Shown here piece by piece: positions 1 to 10,592 of a stretch of 64,000 nucleotides of DNA. The DNA lies in assembly GCA_001179505.1 (NCBI GenBank), contig CDMY01000369.1:33935-97934 (forward strand), read 5' to 3'. This stretch comes from Vitrella brassicaformis CCMP3155 (lineage: Eukaryota > Protista > Chromerida). The position numbers and the translations under genes were made by a program. Position 1 is the stretch's first letter, and each line of letters opens with the position of its first letter. Below the pieces are notes generated by a model. The model was not told the DNA's origin, searched no databases, and worked only from the letters and a program-made list of their open reading frames with translations.

Positions 1-407
1 ACGTCGACACTCGAGCGAGCCGTCAGTGTTTTTGTCGATCTATGTCATTGAGCCGGCCATTGTCTGTCGTCGGCTGCATTCATTCATTCGACGCACACAT
101 AGAAGGGAACCGATGGGTAATTGATTGATCTCAGGTGTTTTGGCAACACCAGGGTAGGGTGCGTGCCACCGGGGCGGGTACACACTTCTGCAGATGTGGA
201 TGGCATGATGAGCTGGATGCTTGTGTTCATTGGGTGAGAAATTGTGCATCTGTTGCATATTGCTTTCCGTGCGCCCTTTTAATTCATGACACACTTAACG
301 CACTTTGACGTCTAGCTCATGGATGTAACCATTCTCTACAACAGTACAGGCGTTCTGCGCGTCTCTGTTTACCAGGGAGAGTGTGCAAGCTCACCGTGAG
401 AGAGGAG

Positions 408-1152
408 ATGGTCAAGCTGGCATTGCGCGTGATCTGTGCTGGTGCTTGTTTCGGCACCCTCGCCTACGCCTTCCTCCCGCCCACCGCGCGACAACCCACC
501 CTACGCACATCGCTTCACGCCTCATCGACTGATCAGCCTGATCAGCCCCGCCGCCGGTTCTTCGAGAGTGCTGCTGGCAGTGCGCTCATCGGCGGAGGAG
601 CCCTCGTGACGCAACACATCCTTCTGGCACCTCGATCTGTCGCCATGGCGCAGGACGTTCCTCCCGGCTTTGAGAAGTCCGCGTCAGGACTCATGTACCA
701 GGTACACATACCACACACGACACGCACACTCATTCGCCCATCATGGCATGTGTGTGTTGGCTTGCAGGTGGTTGAGGCAGGCAGCGGGGGCAAGCCCAAC
801 CAGAACCAGAAGGTGCGTGTCGACTACACGGGGTGGCTGGACAACTTCGAGAGCGACAAGAAGTTCGACTCGTCCGTCGACCGACGCCGGCCGTTCGAGT
901 TCTTCGGTCAGTCAATGAATGGCACAGGCACACACCGCCCTGCTCCATCCCATTACACACGTGCCTTGATCTGCAGCCGGCGGCGGGCAGGTCATCAAGG
1001 GGTGGGACGAGGCCATCCTCTCCATGCAGGTGGGCGAGAAGCGACGGCTGATCATCCCCCCCGAGCTGGGGTATGGCAAGCGCGGCGCCGGGCGGGTCAT
1101 CCCGCCCGATGCGACGCTTTATTTCGAGGTCAAGCTGCTCGCTTTGCTGTGA
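408..1152 (+). CDS. FKBP-type peptidyl-prolyl cis-trans isomerase, probably plastid thylakoid-lumen targeted (3 exons: 408-701, 768-906, 977-1152)
   Basis: Spliced product has the FKBP motifs [45 protein letters not shown] and ATLYFEVKL. The N-terminus has a signal peptide ending AYAF, then a transit-like segment and an RRRFF+hydrophobic twin-Arg motif. GT-AG introns restore the frame. Confidence 0.93.
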
Positions 1153-1721
1153 GGGGAGGCAGGCAGGCAGACTTGGCGTGGCTGTCTGTTTGGTGTGTGT
1201 TTGAATGGCGATGGCATGTATGTGTGTCTGGGTGAGAAGTCAGGCAGGCAGGCAGGCAGGCAGTTCTGGTGTGATCGTCACGCGAGTGAGTGACCAAGGC
1301 CAACGCCTTTGTTGTATCTGCGCGACCACCTCTATGTCACACTGACATGAGGACGGTGGGCTTGTGCGAGACTTTTCGGGCGATACAGACCTATAATCCT
1401 TTTCCAGCTGTTCTTATTCGTCATACATACGCAGCAAGCACCGCATGTGACTTCTCAGTCAAATGCAATGCACCGCACACAAATGGCGCCGCACACTACG
1501 CAGGTCGATTTGCGAGTTCTTGACACCAATCAGCAGAACCATAACCAGCACATCCACACATACTCACACACACGACGACCAAGTCTCGCAGCACAACGTG
1601 CATCCATCATCGATCAGATAACTTGAGACGACTTGGGACAAGAAAGCGGTGCTAGCAGGGACGGTGGGGGTATGGCGGGAATCTCCGTGCACCAACGGCA
1701 GCTTCACGTCCTGAGAGCATC

Positions 1722-1722
<1 letters not shown>

Positions 1723-1752
<30 letters not shown>
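1723..1752 (+). repeat. (AC)n microsatellite, representative of many intronic/UTR (TG)n, (CTGT)n, (GGAT)n tracts
   Basis: Directly visible; similar tracts at about 11533-11554, 14141-14163, 16425-16450, 53239-53267 and 62551-62596. Confidence 0.9.
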
Positions 1753-1754
<2 letters not shown>

Positions 1755-1818
1755 CATACACATAACAACTTTATGTGTGCCACACACGCAGTGCATTGTG
1801 AGACATTCTGGCGTGTGG

Positions 1819-3542
1819 CTATGAAGCAAGTGTGCATACCGATGGGAAAGGATGGCGTTCCAGTACACTCGACAAGATGCCAGTGAAGTCCCGAAGTGTC
1901 ACCGACTGCAGCTCAGTTTCATCCTTCTGGGTCAAGTCCTTCCATGCCTCCACCAGACTCCTGAAGACCCATGCAGTCGGGCATCGGTCCTGCCGCGGAT
2001 AGCCCCTCATGTCATCAATATCCTCTTCGACACGCTCCAGCCTTTCCTGAAGCCCATCGACTCCCTCCGCAAGCCCAGCGATTTCCTCCGCAAGCCCATC
2101 GCGTCCCTCGTCAGCAGCGTCGAATCGGGCAGCGACGGCATCGAATCGCTCTTCAAAGGCATCGAATCGCTCCTCAATTCGCTCCTCAAAGGCAGCGAAT
2201 CGCTCCTCCATGGCAGCGAATCCCCTCGCCATTTGCCTCAGAATGCGGCTCGTGCCCGTCTCCTCTTGCTGTTGCTGCTCCTCTTGCTGCTGCGCTTCCG
2301 CCGCTTCCGCTCTCCTCTTCAGTCTCGCATTTCTCCTCTCCTCCAGCTGCCGTCTCCTCGCCTCCGCCTCCTGCCTCCTCGCCTCCGCCTCCCGCCTCCT
2401 GACCTCAGCCACCTCTCTCCTCCTTGTTGCCGCCTGTGTCCTCGCCTCTTTCCTGTCCGCCCGCTCCTGCTTACTGTCAACAGACGCAGTCAGCAGCGGG
2501 AAGGCCTTCAAGTAGGCGCTGATAGTCTTGTCGAGATGCTCGGGCAGGAAGAATGTCGGAGGCATCTCCTCGAGCATCTCCACCGCCTTGTAACGTGGAG
2601 AATCCTCGTCTTGTGACGATGCGAGCGGGATGTAGACGAAGTTGCGGGCTGGGTGCTCGAGGCTGTCGAGAGGGGAAACGTACAGGATGGGGAAGGGGAC
2701 TGTTTCGTTGGTGATGGAAACGCTGCTGCTGCTGCTGCTGCTATGTTTGCCGATCATATGAGGCGACACCCCGTGCAGGACGCCACCTAGCTGTCCACTC
2801 TCCATAGCCAGAGGTGTCCCAGAGTCGCCTAAGAGTATACACATACACACACACACACACACACCCCACAGAGAAATAGAAACGAACCACTCATTGCCGG
2901 CTATCCCTCCCCCCTCATGTCTGTCTGTATCCATCATTCATCTCACCCACCTGGCCGAGAGCTCACGCCGAACAGTCTCATCCACATCCGCACCATCTCT
3001 GAACTCCCCGCCTCCTCCCCGCCAGCTGACTGACTCGACTCAGCTCGTCGCGAAGCTTCGTGAACATCCGACACATGGCCTTGAAAAAAGCGGGCGGCGT
3101 CGATTGAGTGGAGCTGATGTCGCAGGCCGACACCCTTGGCGACCAAGAGCCTCTTTGGCAGCACCGCACGCACCTCGTGATCGTCCTCCACCCTCATGAC
3201 TGCCAGATCTGGATGCCCGCCGATTGGGTAATGCTGGTGGATGTACGTGTCGAGCACCATCATCTCCCGTGGCTTTCCGGCGACATTTATTGTCACCGAG
3301 AGGGCTCCGATGGCCGCATGTGCCGCCGTAGCGACGAATAGACCGGCGTCGGTCTTCATCATAAAGCCGCTGCCATGTGGCTGGCCGCCCGTGCGGTTGA
3401 CACGACAGAGAACGTTGTGGGCAGGAACTGAGCGGGTAGGTGGTGCTGCGGGCGCTCGATGTTGAACCGGTGCACTTCCAGTCAACTTGAGCTGGCCTTC
3501 AGAAGTGAGCTGGCCTTGAAGAGTAACCTCGAATGTCTGCAT
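1819..3542 (-). CDS. Trypsin-like (S1/Trypsin_2) serine protease fused to a charged single alpha-helix and heptad coiled coil; exons about 3542-2951 and 2828-1819
   Basis: GSGF...ATAAH (His) and PDLAV (Asp) lie in ORF 2943-3563. The phase-1 intron 2950-2829 joins SRPG to GDSGTP (Ser). The downstream sequence has an RRREAEARR run and EERF heptads. The start codon is uncertain. Confidence 0.8.
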
Positions 3543-4110
3543 CGACTGTGCGGACTGTTTCACGTGCGACCTGACCCTTTGTGCGCGTTGCCCGAAAGCT
3601 TTTCGGCCGAGACAGACCTATTATCTTTTTCCATCGCTTCCTGTTCGCGATACGTACAGAGCATGCACCACACACAAACCATTCCACACGGGTTGGCCCC
3701 ACGGACGACGCGTGGCGGACATCCGGAGCAGGAAGACACGCAGACTTGTGAGGGTCTGTGTGTCTCGCGGCTCCGGCAGCTCCCGTACACGTTGCCCCAA
3801 GGCCGACAGATCTCCCAAAGACGACCGACAGTCAGACTGTACACTCACTCTCTCACATAGACAGACGTACGTGCTCAAGAGATGCAGCAACACTCTAGGA
3901 GAGACGAAGCGAAGCCATTGGTATGCGACTCCACTCTGTCCCCGCCTCGCTCTCTCCCCCTCTCCCCTCCCCTGTCTTTCGTGTCCTCGTCTGTCCGTCC
4001 GAGGATCATTTTCAGATAAGACAGACCATTGATTGCATTTATTGATCGACAATCAGTCAATCGACAAGACATAAAAACACCTCACCTTCAGCCTTGTCCG
4101 TCTTTCCCGG

Positions 4111-5318
4111 TCACTGCTGTCTGTGTCTGTGCCCCTCCGCCCCCCCCATGTGTGTGTGCTGCCGTCCCTTCAGCGGTCGGGCCTCGTCGTCGGACGCACC
4201 ACCCCTCCCCGCCGAACTATCCGTGTCGCTCAGCGGCGCCACTACTGCAGTCACGCCCCTGGCCGACTTGCCATGCCCATGGCTGTGGCCATGGGTGTCT
4301 GTGTGGCCGTTGCTGTGTGCGTGGGCGCCGTGGCCGTGGCCGCATGAGAGTCCCATTGCGTGGATGGCCTTGTGCGAGAAATAGTTGGACGACAGCAGGC
4401 AGGCCGACCCCAGCAGCCCCACCACCGTGTGGATGATGTCCAGCTGCTCCAGATACAATAGCCACCCCCACAATACCGACACAACCGGGACGCTGGCGGA
4501 TAGGGAATCTGCCGCTGCGTGGGTCAGGTTGGCTGCCGCGTGCGTCGCGTTGTCACTTGTGGGGTGCTGGTGGTCATGATTGTGGCTGTGGTTGTGGTTG
4601 TGGCCGTGGCCGTGGCCGTGGCCGTGCTTGTGCGGGTCTGAGTGGGCGGGGATGTGGCTGAAGTACAGCAGGGCCACGCCGAAAGCCCCCAGAGCGAACA
4701 GCCGCAGAATGCGGTGCCGCGTGTAGTTCATCAGCACCGACAGCCCGCCGATGGGCAGCAGCACCCAAAACACAGCCTGAACCAGCCACACACGAGAAGA
4801 AGAGACAATGCCGCCTTGCAGACCAGACACGAGCCCATCTCCGCCTGTCACGTGACATGAGTTCGTACCACGTCCACGACATCGTGGATTCTCTCATTGG
4901 TGTGTTCGCCGACAACCCCCAGCAGCGGTGCGATGGCCAGCAGTGGCGGCAGCAGCACACACTCGATGGCGCACAGCACCGACAGCACAGTCGTCGCAAT
5001 GATGGTGGACGACTGAATGCGCCGCAGCAGAGAGGGGGAGGGGGCGTGAGGGGACCGGGACGGCGAGTGCGATGAGGAACTTGCAGACGGCGAATGGCTG
5101 CAAAGCAAACACCCCAAACAAAGACGCAGAGACGGACAGCAGTGGTGCTGATGATTCGTTGAGCACTTCTCCTCTTCATTTGTGTGGCTTCCCTACCCGT
5201 GGGCCTCTTCACGCGATTTGTGTTTGTGCGTGTGGGTGCAGACGAGGTGTTTGGTGCTGCTGGTGGTGTCGGAGAGGGGTGACGAGTCGTCCGAGGAGCC
5301 GCTCGAGGAGCCGCTCAT
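4111..5318 (-). CDS. MerC-like membrane protein with His-rich loops
   Basis: SVLCAIECVLLP matches the MerC-type CAxxC first helix. It is followed by hydrophobic helices (AVFWVLLPIGGLSVLMNY, LFALGAFGVALLYF, VVGLLGSACLLSSNY) and HGHGHGHNHNHSHNHDH tracts. The 5' exons are tentative. Confidence 0.7.
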
Positions 5319-5698
5319 GCTGGCACTGGCACTGTAACTGATTTTGGCAACAAACGACGGCCCAGGACGTCCAAACTTATTACAGCCAAGCCTCAGGCAG
5401 CCCACGATATGCGCTCAGACGCGCTTTTTCTTCTCGATGGCACTTTTCTTACCCTCAGGCTTGCAGATGCGTCAGAGAAGAACGTTCCGTGAAACCGCTC
5501 TCTCCGTGCCAAGATTGACCAAAAGGTTTGATAAACTAAGTCCAGTGACAGCTAGGTCACCCCAGCTTTTGTTGTCTTTCCTCCTGACTGATTCATACTC
5601 CATCGCAGCTTCTGGTCGAGCTCTGACTTCAGTGCATATTGAGAACTGTCTGGCAGCTCACGAGCAATCGACACAACTAACTCCCTTCGGCCGAAGGC

Positions 5699-6188
5699 TT
5701 AGCAGCTGCAGCATTGGGTGCCGCTCCAATCACGTTGGACGCCGGAGCTGTCCCACCAGTGGCCCCTCATTTCGTTGCCTCGCAACGCGAATTCCACCCG
5801 TCCGCCTTGGCCGAGAGCTGACCATCGGCCGGTCATGATGTATTCTCCGCTGCCGATGGGCCCGGCGCAGTAGGTGACGTCGCTGAAGCCGCCCGTGAAG
5901 GAGCGCGTCTTGTACTGCCCATTACCACAGCACGTGTTGAGCGTCACCAGCGCCCGATAGCGCTGGCCGTCAAACGCCTACAGACAAAGACATCATCCGC
6001 CACACGGTGTGATCATGAATAAGACGTCTTGTTTGCTCTTCTCTGGGCTGGCGTCTGCCTACGATGTAAGAGGTGTCGAGGGGGCAAGACGTGAACTCCG
6101 TCCGAGCTGCGGAGGAGAATCTACACTGGGCCTTTGCAGACAAGGGCACGCCGACAAAGACGAGGGCGAGCAAGGCGAGCGTCTTCAT
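5699..6188 (-). CDS. Small secreted Cys-rich beta-type protein, 134 aa (exons 6188-6063, 5977-5699)
   Basis: Clear signal peptide MKTLALLALVFVGVPLSAKA. The phase-0 intron GTAGGC...TGTAG joins two ORFs in frame. The product has 8 Cys and ends CCSC. Confidence 0.75.
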
Positions 6189-6537
6189 GAGAGCACTTCA
6201 GACGGTGAGATCTGCCGAGTGGAGAGCTTCTTTCGACCCGCTTTCAGCCTTCGAGTGCAGCTTGAGCGAGGCGGATGCCGAGAAGCCTGAGGCGAGAGGT
6301 ATATATACGTCTGAGTGCGAAATCACGGGACTGATGGCGGAACAGATGCCGACGAGCGGGAGGGATCTGAGGCCAAGACACAAGACACCGGGACAGAGAG
6401 TGACGACAGAGAGAAGAGAACGGTGGAAGGAGAGAAGAGAGATCTATCGGTGTGCGGATGTGCTCTCATTCGTTCGATGTGCTCTTTCTTGTGCGGGAGA
6501 GTTATGAGCAAACCTGCACGACCGTCGATTTGTTCAG

Positions 6538-6564
6538 CAGCAGCGGTTTCAGGGAGCACCCTAG
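6538..6564 (-). repeat. 27-bp element, copy 1 (CTAGGGTGCTCCCTGAAACCGCTGCTG)
   Basis: 26/27 identical to 54479-54505 in the opposite orientation. Confidence 0.8.
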
Positions 6565-6621
6565 GCGGCTTGACGGCCAAGTCCCCTGTCTGAAAACACG
6601 CACCCTAACATGCAACTCGGA

Positions 6622-6838
6622 TGTTGAGGAAATGATACGCCCGCAGCTCGCAAGAGCTAAGAGAAAGGCGTACCCTAGCCCAGACGAATTAAAAGTGCCG
6701 CGTACACCCGAGGGTTTGGAGCTAGGAACCCTATACGATCGCCTCACACACACCTGGCGTCTTCGGACGTGTTTGTGCTGTTTGTCAAGCCTGGCTCTTA
6801 ACTCTTGACCCGCTGAAGCTAGTCACGTTTCTTCAACA
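6622..6838 (+). repeat. LTR 1 (217 bp)
   Basis: Begins TGTTGAGG and ends TTCAACA; appears identical to 8014-8230. Confidence 0.95.
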
Positions 6839-6851
6839 GGTTATAGAGCCC
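6839..6851 (+). other. Primer-binding site (half-tRNAiMet type); second copy at 8231-8243
   Basis: GGTTATAGAGCCC immediately follows the LTR. It matches the complement of the initiator tRNA-Met anticodon arm (GGTTATGAGCCC) with one extra A. Confidence 0.7.
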
Positions 6852-7324
6852 ACTGAGCACCTCCCAAGGGGAGAAGGCTTGTCGAGCACCAGAACACAGA
6901 TCTCTGTGTGTGTGCTGTGGTTCGACTCAGCATGAGTCTGAGTGGTGAGGTCACGCCTCGTCAAGAGGGTGATCACGACCCACACCAACACACTGAGGTG
7001 GACGCCACAGTCGGTGATGTCGAGATGGGTGGCGTGAAGGCTGCTGTGGCAGATCTCTGCCTCGAGGAGGAGGGAGGTGGTGCTTCCGGTGGTCACAATG
7101 GCCAAGAGGAAGGTCAACAGCCCTCGCCTCTCGAGCAGCTATGCGCCTTCGCTCTCAAGTGGGAGAGTCTGACATCATGCGACGCATCTGGTGTGGAACG
7201 CTGTGTCTCATCTGGTGGCGGCATCTCTATGGTCGGTCGCGGCCGTGGCAAGGCTCTTACCATGCCCGCTTGGGTGACCAGGATGCGACCCCATCAGCAG
7301 ATGAATGAGACTGAGGCGGAAAGC

Positions 7325-7624
7325 NNNNNNNNNNNNNNNNNNNNNNNNNNNNNNNNNNNNNNNNNNNNNNNNNNNNNNNNNNNNNNNNNNNNNNNNNNNN
7401 NNNNNNNNNNNNNNNNNNNNNNNNNNNNNNNNNNNNNNNNNNNNNNNNNNNNNNNNNNNNNNNNNNNNNNNNNNNNNNNNNNNNNNNNNNNNNNNNNNNN
7501 NNNNNNNNNNNNNNNNNNNNNNNNNNNNNNNNNNNNNNNNNNNNNNNNNNNNNNNNNNNNNNNNNNNNNNNNNNNNNNNNNNNNNNNNNNNNNNNNNNNN
7601 NNNNNNNNNNNNNNNNNNNNNNNN
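7325..7624. other. Assembly gap (300 N placeholder)
   Basis: N run. The second unit shows at least 687 bp of real sequence at the equivalent place, so 300 is not the true size. Confidence 0.98.
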
Positions 7625-8004
7625 AGAGCCACAAGAAGCGGAAGCTGGACTAGGGAAGGAAGAGACCCACAGGTCTTCGTGTGTGCTCACCTGAGTAGTT
7701 GGGTGAAGCAACGCGCACTCTCCCTTCCGAAAGGTGCTGTGATTTGGTGGGTTGGCACAGCAGCCGTCCTTCTTTCGCGCACACGGCCCTGACTCTTGAG
7801 CACGAAGAGGCCGACGCTGTGCATGATCCCCGCTGCGCACCAGCAGAGATGTGCAACTCGGAATGTATAGCAGTGCTGCCCGCAGACAGCAGAATCTCAA
7901 CTGCAGACAGCAGGGCCCGGTGGGTCAACGCTTCTGGAAAGCTGGAGATCTGCAGTGAGTGTTCGTGCTCTCTCTTACGTGATAGTGAGGGGTGGGCTGC
8001 GTGC

Positions 8005-8013
8005 GAAGAGGGG
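8005..8013 (+). other. Polypurine tract (also 10084-10092)
   Basis: GAAGAGGGG abuts the 5' end of LTR2 and LTR3. Confidence 0.75.
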
Positions 8014-8230
8014 TGTTGAGGAAATGATACGCCCGCAGCTCGCAAGAGCTAAGAGAAAGGCGTACCCTAGCCCAGACGAATTAAAAGTGCCGCGTACACC
8101 CGAGGGTTTGGAGCTAGGAACCCTATACGATCGCCTCACACACACCTGGCGTCTTCGGACGTGTTTGTGCTGTTTGTCAAGCCTGGCTCTTAACTCTTGA
8201 CCCGCTGAAGCTAGTCACGTTTCTTCAACA
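8014..8230 (+). repeat. LTR 2 (internal, 217 bp)
   Basis: Same sequence as LTR1; preceded by the PPT and followed by the PBS. Confidence 0.93.
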
Positions 8231-8323
8231 GGTTATAGAGCCCACTGAGCACCTCCCAAGGGGAGAAGGCTTGTCGAGCACCAGAACACAGATCTCTGTG
8301 TGTGTGCTGTGGTTCGACTCAGC

Positions 8324-9328
8324 ATGAGTCTGAGTGGTGAGGTCACGCCTCGTCAAGAGGGTGATCACGACCCACACCAACACACTGAGGTGGACGCCAC
8401 AGTCGGTGATGTCGAGATGGGTGGCGTGAAGGCTGCTGTGGCAGATCTCTGCCTCGAGGAGGAGGGAGGTGGTGCTTCCGGTGGTCACAATGGCCAAGAG
8501 GAAGGTCAACAGCCCTCGCCTCTCGAGCAGCTATGCGCCTTCGCTCTCAAGTGGGAGAGTCTGACATCATGCGACGCATCTGGTGTGGAACGCTGTGTCT
8601 CATCTGGTGGCGGCATCTCTATGGTCGGTCGCGGCCGTGGCAAGGCTCTTACCATGCCCGCTTGGGTGACCAGGATGCGACCCCATCAGCAGATGAATGA
8701 GACTGAGGCGGAAAGCATGTTGATCGGGTGTGATGCGACACGTCGAGGACTTGTTGGTTTGCAGCAAACCATGCTCGAAGTGCGTCGACCTGCCCAGCAC
8801 ACACCGATCGTGGCTATGCTCGAACGACCGAAGGTCGAGGAAGTCCCCAAATGGGATGGCGAGGCCGCAAGCTATGCGGTATGGCGCTGCAGCTTCATGG
8901 TTATGATGACTCGCGTCAATCTCAGCCATCTCATCGACAAGGGTATGCGAGCTGCGTTGCGAATGGTCAGCAACGAGCAGTACGAGGCTGATGCCAGCTA
9001 CATCTATGAGCTGCTGCTGCGTGCTGTACATCCCTCAGCCCCTGAAGCCTTGCGCATCATACGCGCCGCTGGGATCAGCGATGCCTATGACGTGCCGGCT
9101 ATGTGGGCCTTGACGGGTGTTAAGAGCGGTCTCGAAGCACGTGACGTCGTTGCGGCTCTGGAAGCACTGGACGCGGTGTACATGCCTGGTGGGCGTGGCC
9201 GTAAGTGCTGGCTCTGCGGGCGTTCGGGCCATCTCCAACGAGACTGCCCACGCAGAGAGCCGGGCAAGGTAGCGAAGAGAAACCCCAAAATGGTACGCAC
9301 GATGGTGCACAGGGGTGGGAGCAAGTGA
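8324..9328 (+). CDS. Copia-type Gag protein (retroelement)
   Basis: VPKWDGEAASYAVW is the Copia gag N-terminal motif and CWLCGRSGHLQRDC is a CX2CX4HX4C zinc knuckle. The ORF stops at 9328 without read-through into pol. A partial first copy starts near 6932 and runs into the gap. Confidence 0.85.
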   Translation: MSLSGEVTPRQEGDHDPHQHTEVDATVGDVEMGGVKAAVADLCLEEEGGGASGGHNGQEEGQQPSPLEQLCAFALKWESLTSCDASGVERCVSSGGGISMVGRGRGKALTMPAWVTRMRPHQQMNETEAESMLIGCDATRRGLVGLQQTMLEVRRPAQHTPIVAMLERPKVEEVPKWDGEAASYAVWRCSFMVMMTRVNLSHLIDKGMRAALRMVSNEQYEADASYIYELLLRAVHPSAPEALRIIRAAGISDAYDVPAMWALTGVKSGLEARDVVAALEALDAVYMPGGRGRKCWLCGRSGHLQRDCPRREPGKVAKRNPKMVRTMVHRGGSK

Positions 9329-9392
9329 GTGCTATTTGTCGACTGTGAGTCAGTCACGGACAGACGGACAGTCAGCGAAGTGCAGAGGAAGC

Positions 9393-9692
9393 NNNNNNNN
9401 NNNNNNNNNNNNNNNNNNNNNNNNNNNNNNNNNNNNNNNNNNNNNNNNNNNNNNNNNNNNNNNNNNNNNNNNNNNNNNNNNNNNNNNNNNNNNNNNNNNN
9501 NNNNNNNNNNNNNNNNNNNNNNNNNNNNNNNNNNNNNNNNNNNNNNNNNNNNNNNNNNNNNNNNNNNNNNNNNNNNNNNNNNNNNNNNNNNNNNNNNNNN
9601 NNNNNNNNNNNNNNNNNNNNNNNNNNNNNNNNNNNNNNNNNNNNNNNNNNNNNNNNNNNNNNNNNNNNNNNNNNNNNNNNNNNNNNNNNNNN
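9393..9692. other. Assembly gap (300 N placeholder)
   Basis: N run inside the retroelement. Confidence 0.98.
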
Positions 9693-10092
9693 CTCTGTCA
9701 GCGAGAGCCACAAGAAGCGGAAGCTGGACTAGGGAAGGAAGAGACCCACAGGTCTTCGTGTGTGCTCACCTGAGTAGTTGGGTGAAGCAACGCGCACTCT
9801 CCCTTCCGAAAGGTGCTGTGATTTGGTGGGTTGGCACAGCAGCCGTCCTTCTTTCGCGCACACGGCCCTGACTCTTGAGCACGAAGAGGCCGACGCTGTG
9901 CATGATCCCCGCTGCGCACCAGCAGAGATGTGCAACTCGGAATGTATAGCAGTGCTGCCCGCAGACAGCAGAATCTCAACTGCAGACAGCAGGGCCCGGT
10001 GGGTCAACGCTTCTGGAAAGCTGGAGATCTGCAGTGAGTGTTCGTGCTCTCTCTTACGTGATAGTGAGGGGTGGGCTGCGTGCGAAGAGGGG

Positions 10093-10307
10093 TGTTGAGG
10101 AAATGATACGCCCGCAGCTCGCAAGAGCTAAGAGAAAGGCGTACCCTAGCCCAGACGAATTAAAAGTGCCGCGTACACCCGAGGGTTTGGAGCTAGGAAC
10201 CCTATACGATCGCCTCACACACCTGGCGTCTTCGGACGTGTTTGTGCTGTTTGTCAAGCCTGGCTCTTAACTCTTGACCCGCTGAAGCTAGTCACGTTTC
10301 TTCAACA
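10093..10307 (+). repeat. LTR 3 (215 bp)
   Basis: Same as LTR1/2 apart from one fewer CA unit; followed by the TSD TCGGA. Confidence 0.95.
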
Positions 10308-10571
10308 TCGGACACGCAACAGCAGCACGCAGAGGGCAGACACAGCATACAGGTGGATATGCAATGCGCTGCGAACGGCGGCAACATACGAGCAGGCACA
10401 CAACATCGCACACGCGCCACCCCAGCAACCTGAAGGCGGCGTGCGTGTGTGCGTGGTGCACCATGACTCCATACGTACAGCGCCCATTCCCAGGTGGCCA
10501 GCCAGTGCAGATCGACCAGTTACACACAAACACGCCCGTATAACAACCATCCCTCGAAAAACCCTTTCTGA

Positions 10572-10592
10572 TTGCGAGCTTTTTTGCGAGCT
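10572..10592 (+). promoter_or_regulatory. Tandem TTGCGAGCT pair 40 bp upstream of the SPX gene ATG
   Basis: Exact 9-mer at 10572-10580 and 10584-10592; the same pairing occurs at 29681/29693 and 50948/50965. Confidence 0.55.

Larger units (their letters stand above)
6622..10307 (+). mobile_element. Ty1/Copia-type LTR retroelement assembled as LTR-internal-LTR-internal-LTR; only gag is visible
   Basis: Three LTRs with TGTTGA...TCAACA ends; TSD TCGGA at 6617-6621 and 10308-10312; PBS after LTR1 and LTR2; polypurine tract before LTR2 and LTR3; gag ORF with zinc knuckle. Confidence 0.93.

Noticed and set aside
1852-2616. Long + strand ORFs (1852-2616, 1971-2402, 2210-2515) and similar long antisense ORFs at 40610-41416, 42448-43059, 49481-50155 and 50350-50976
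   Set aside because: These are shadows of GC-rich or repetitive coding sequence on the opposite strand, with no motifs of their own.
6610-6621. 11-12 bp matches of the left insertion flank (TGCAACTCGGA) to the element interior (about 7852) and to about 53727
   Set aside because: Too short given the number of comparisons, and they do not extend.
9698-10124. ORFs in the 3' internal region of the retroelement as possible pol/env remnants
   Set aside because: No integrase, RT, RNase H (ADxxTK) or transmembrane motifs were seen in any frame.
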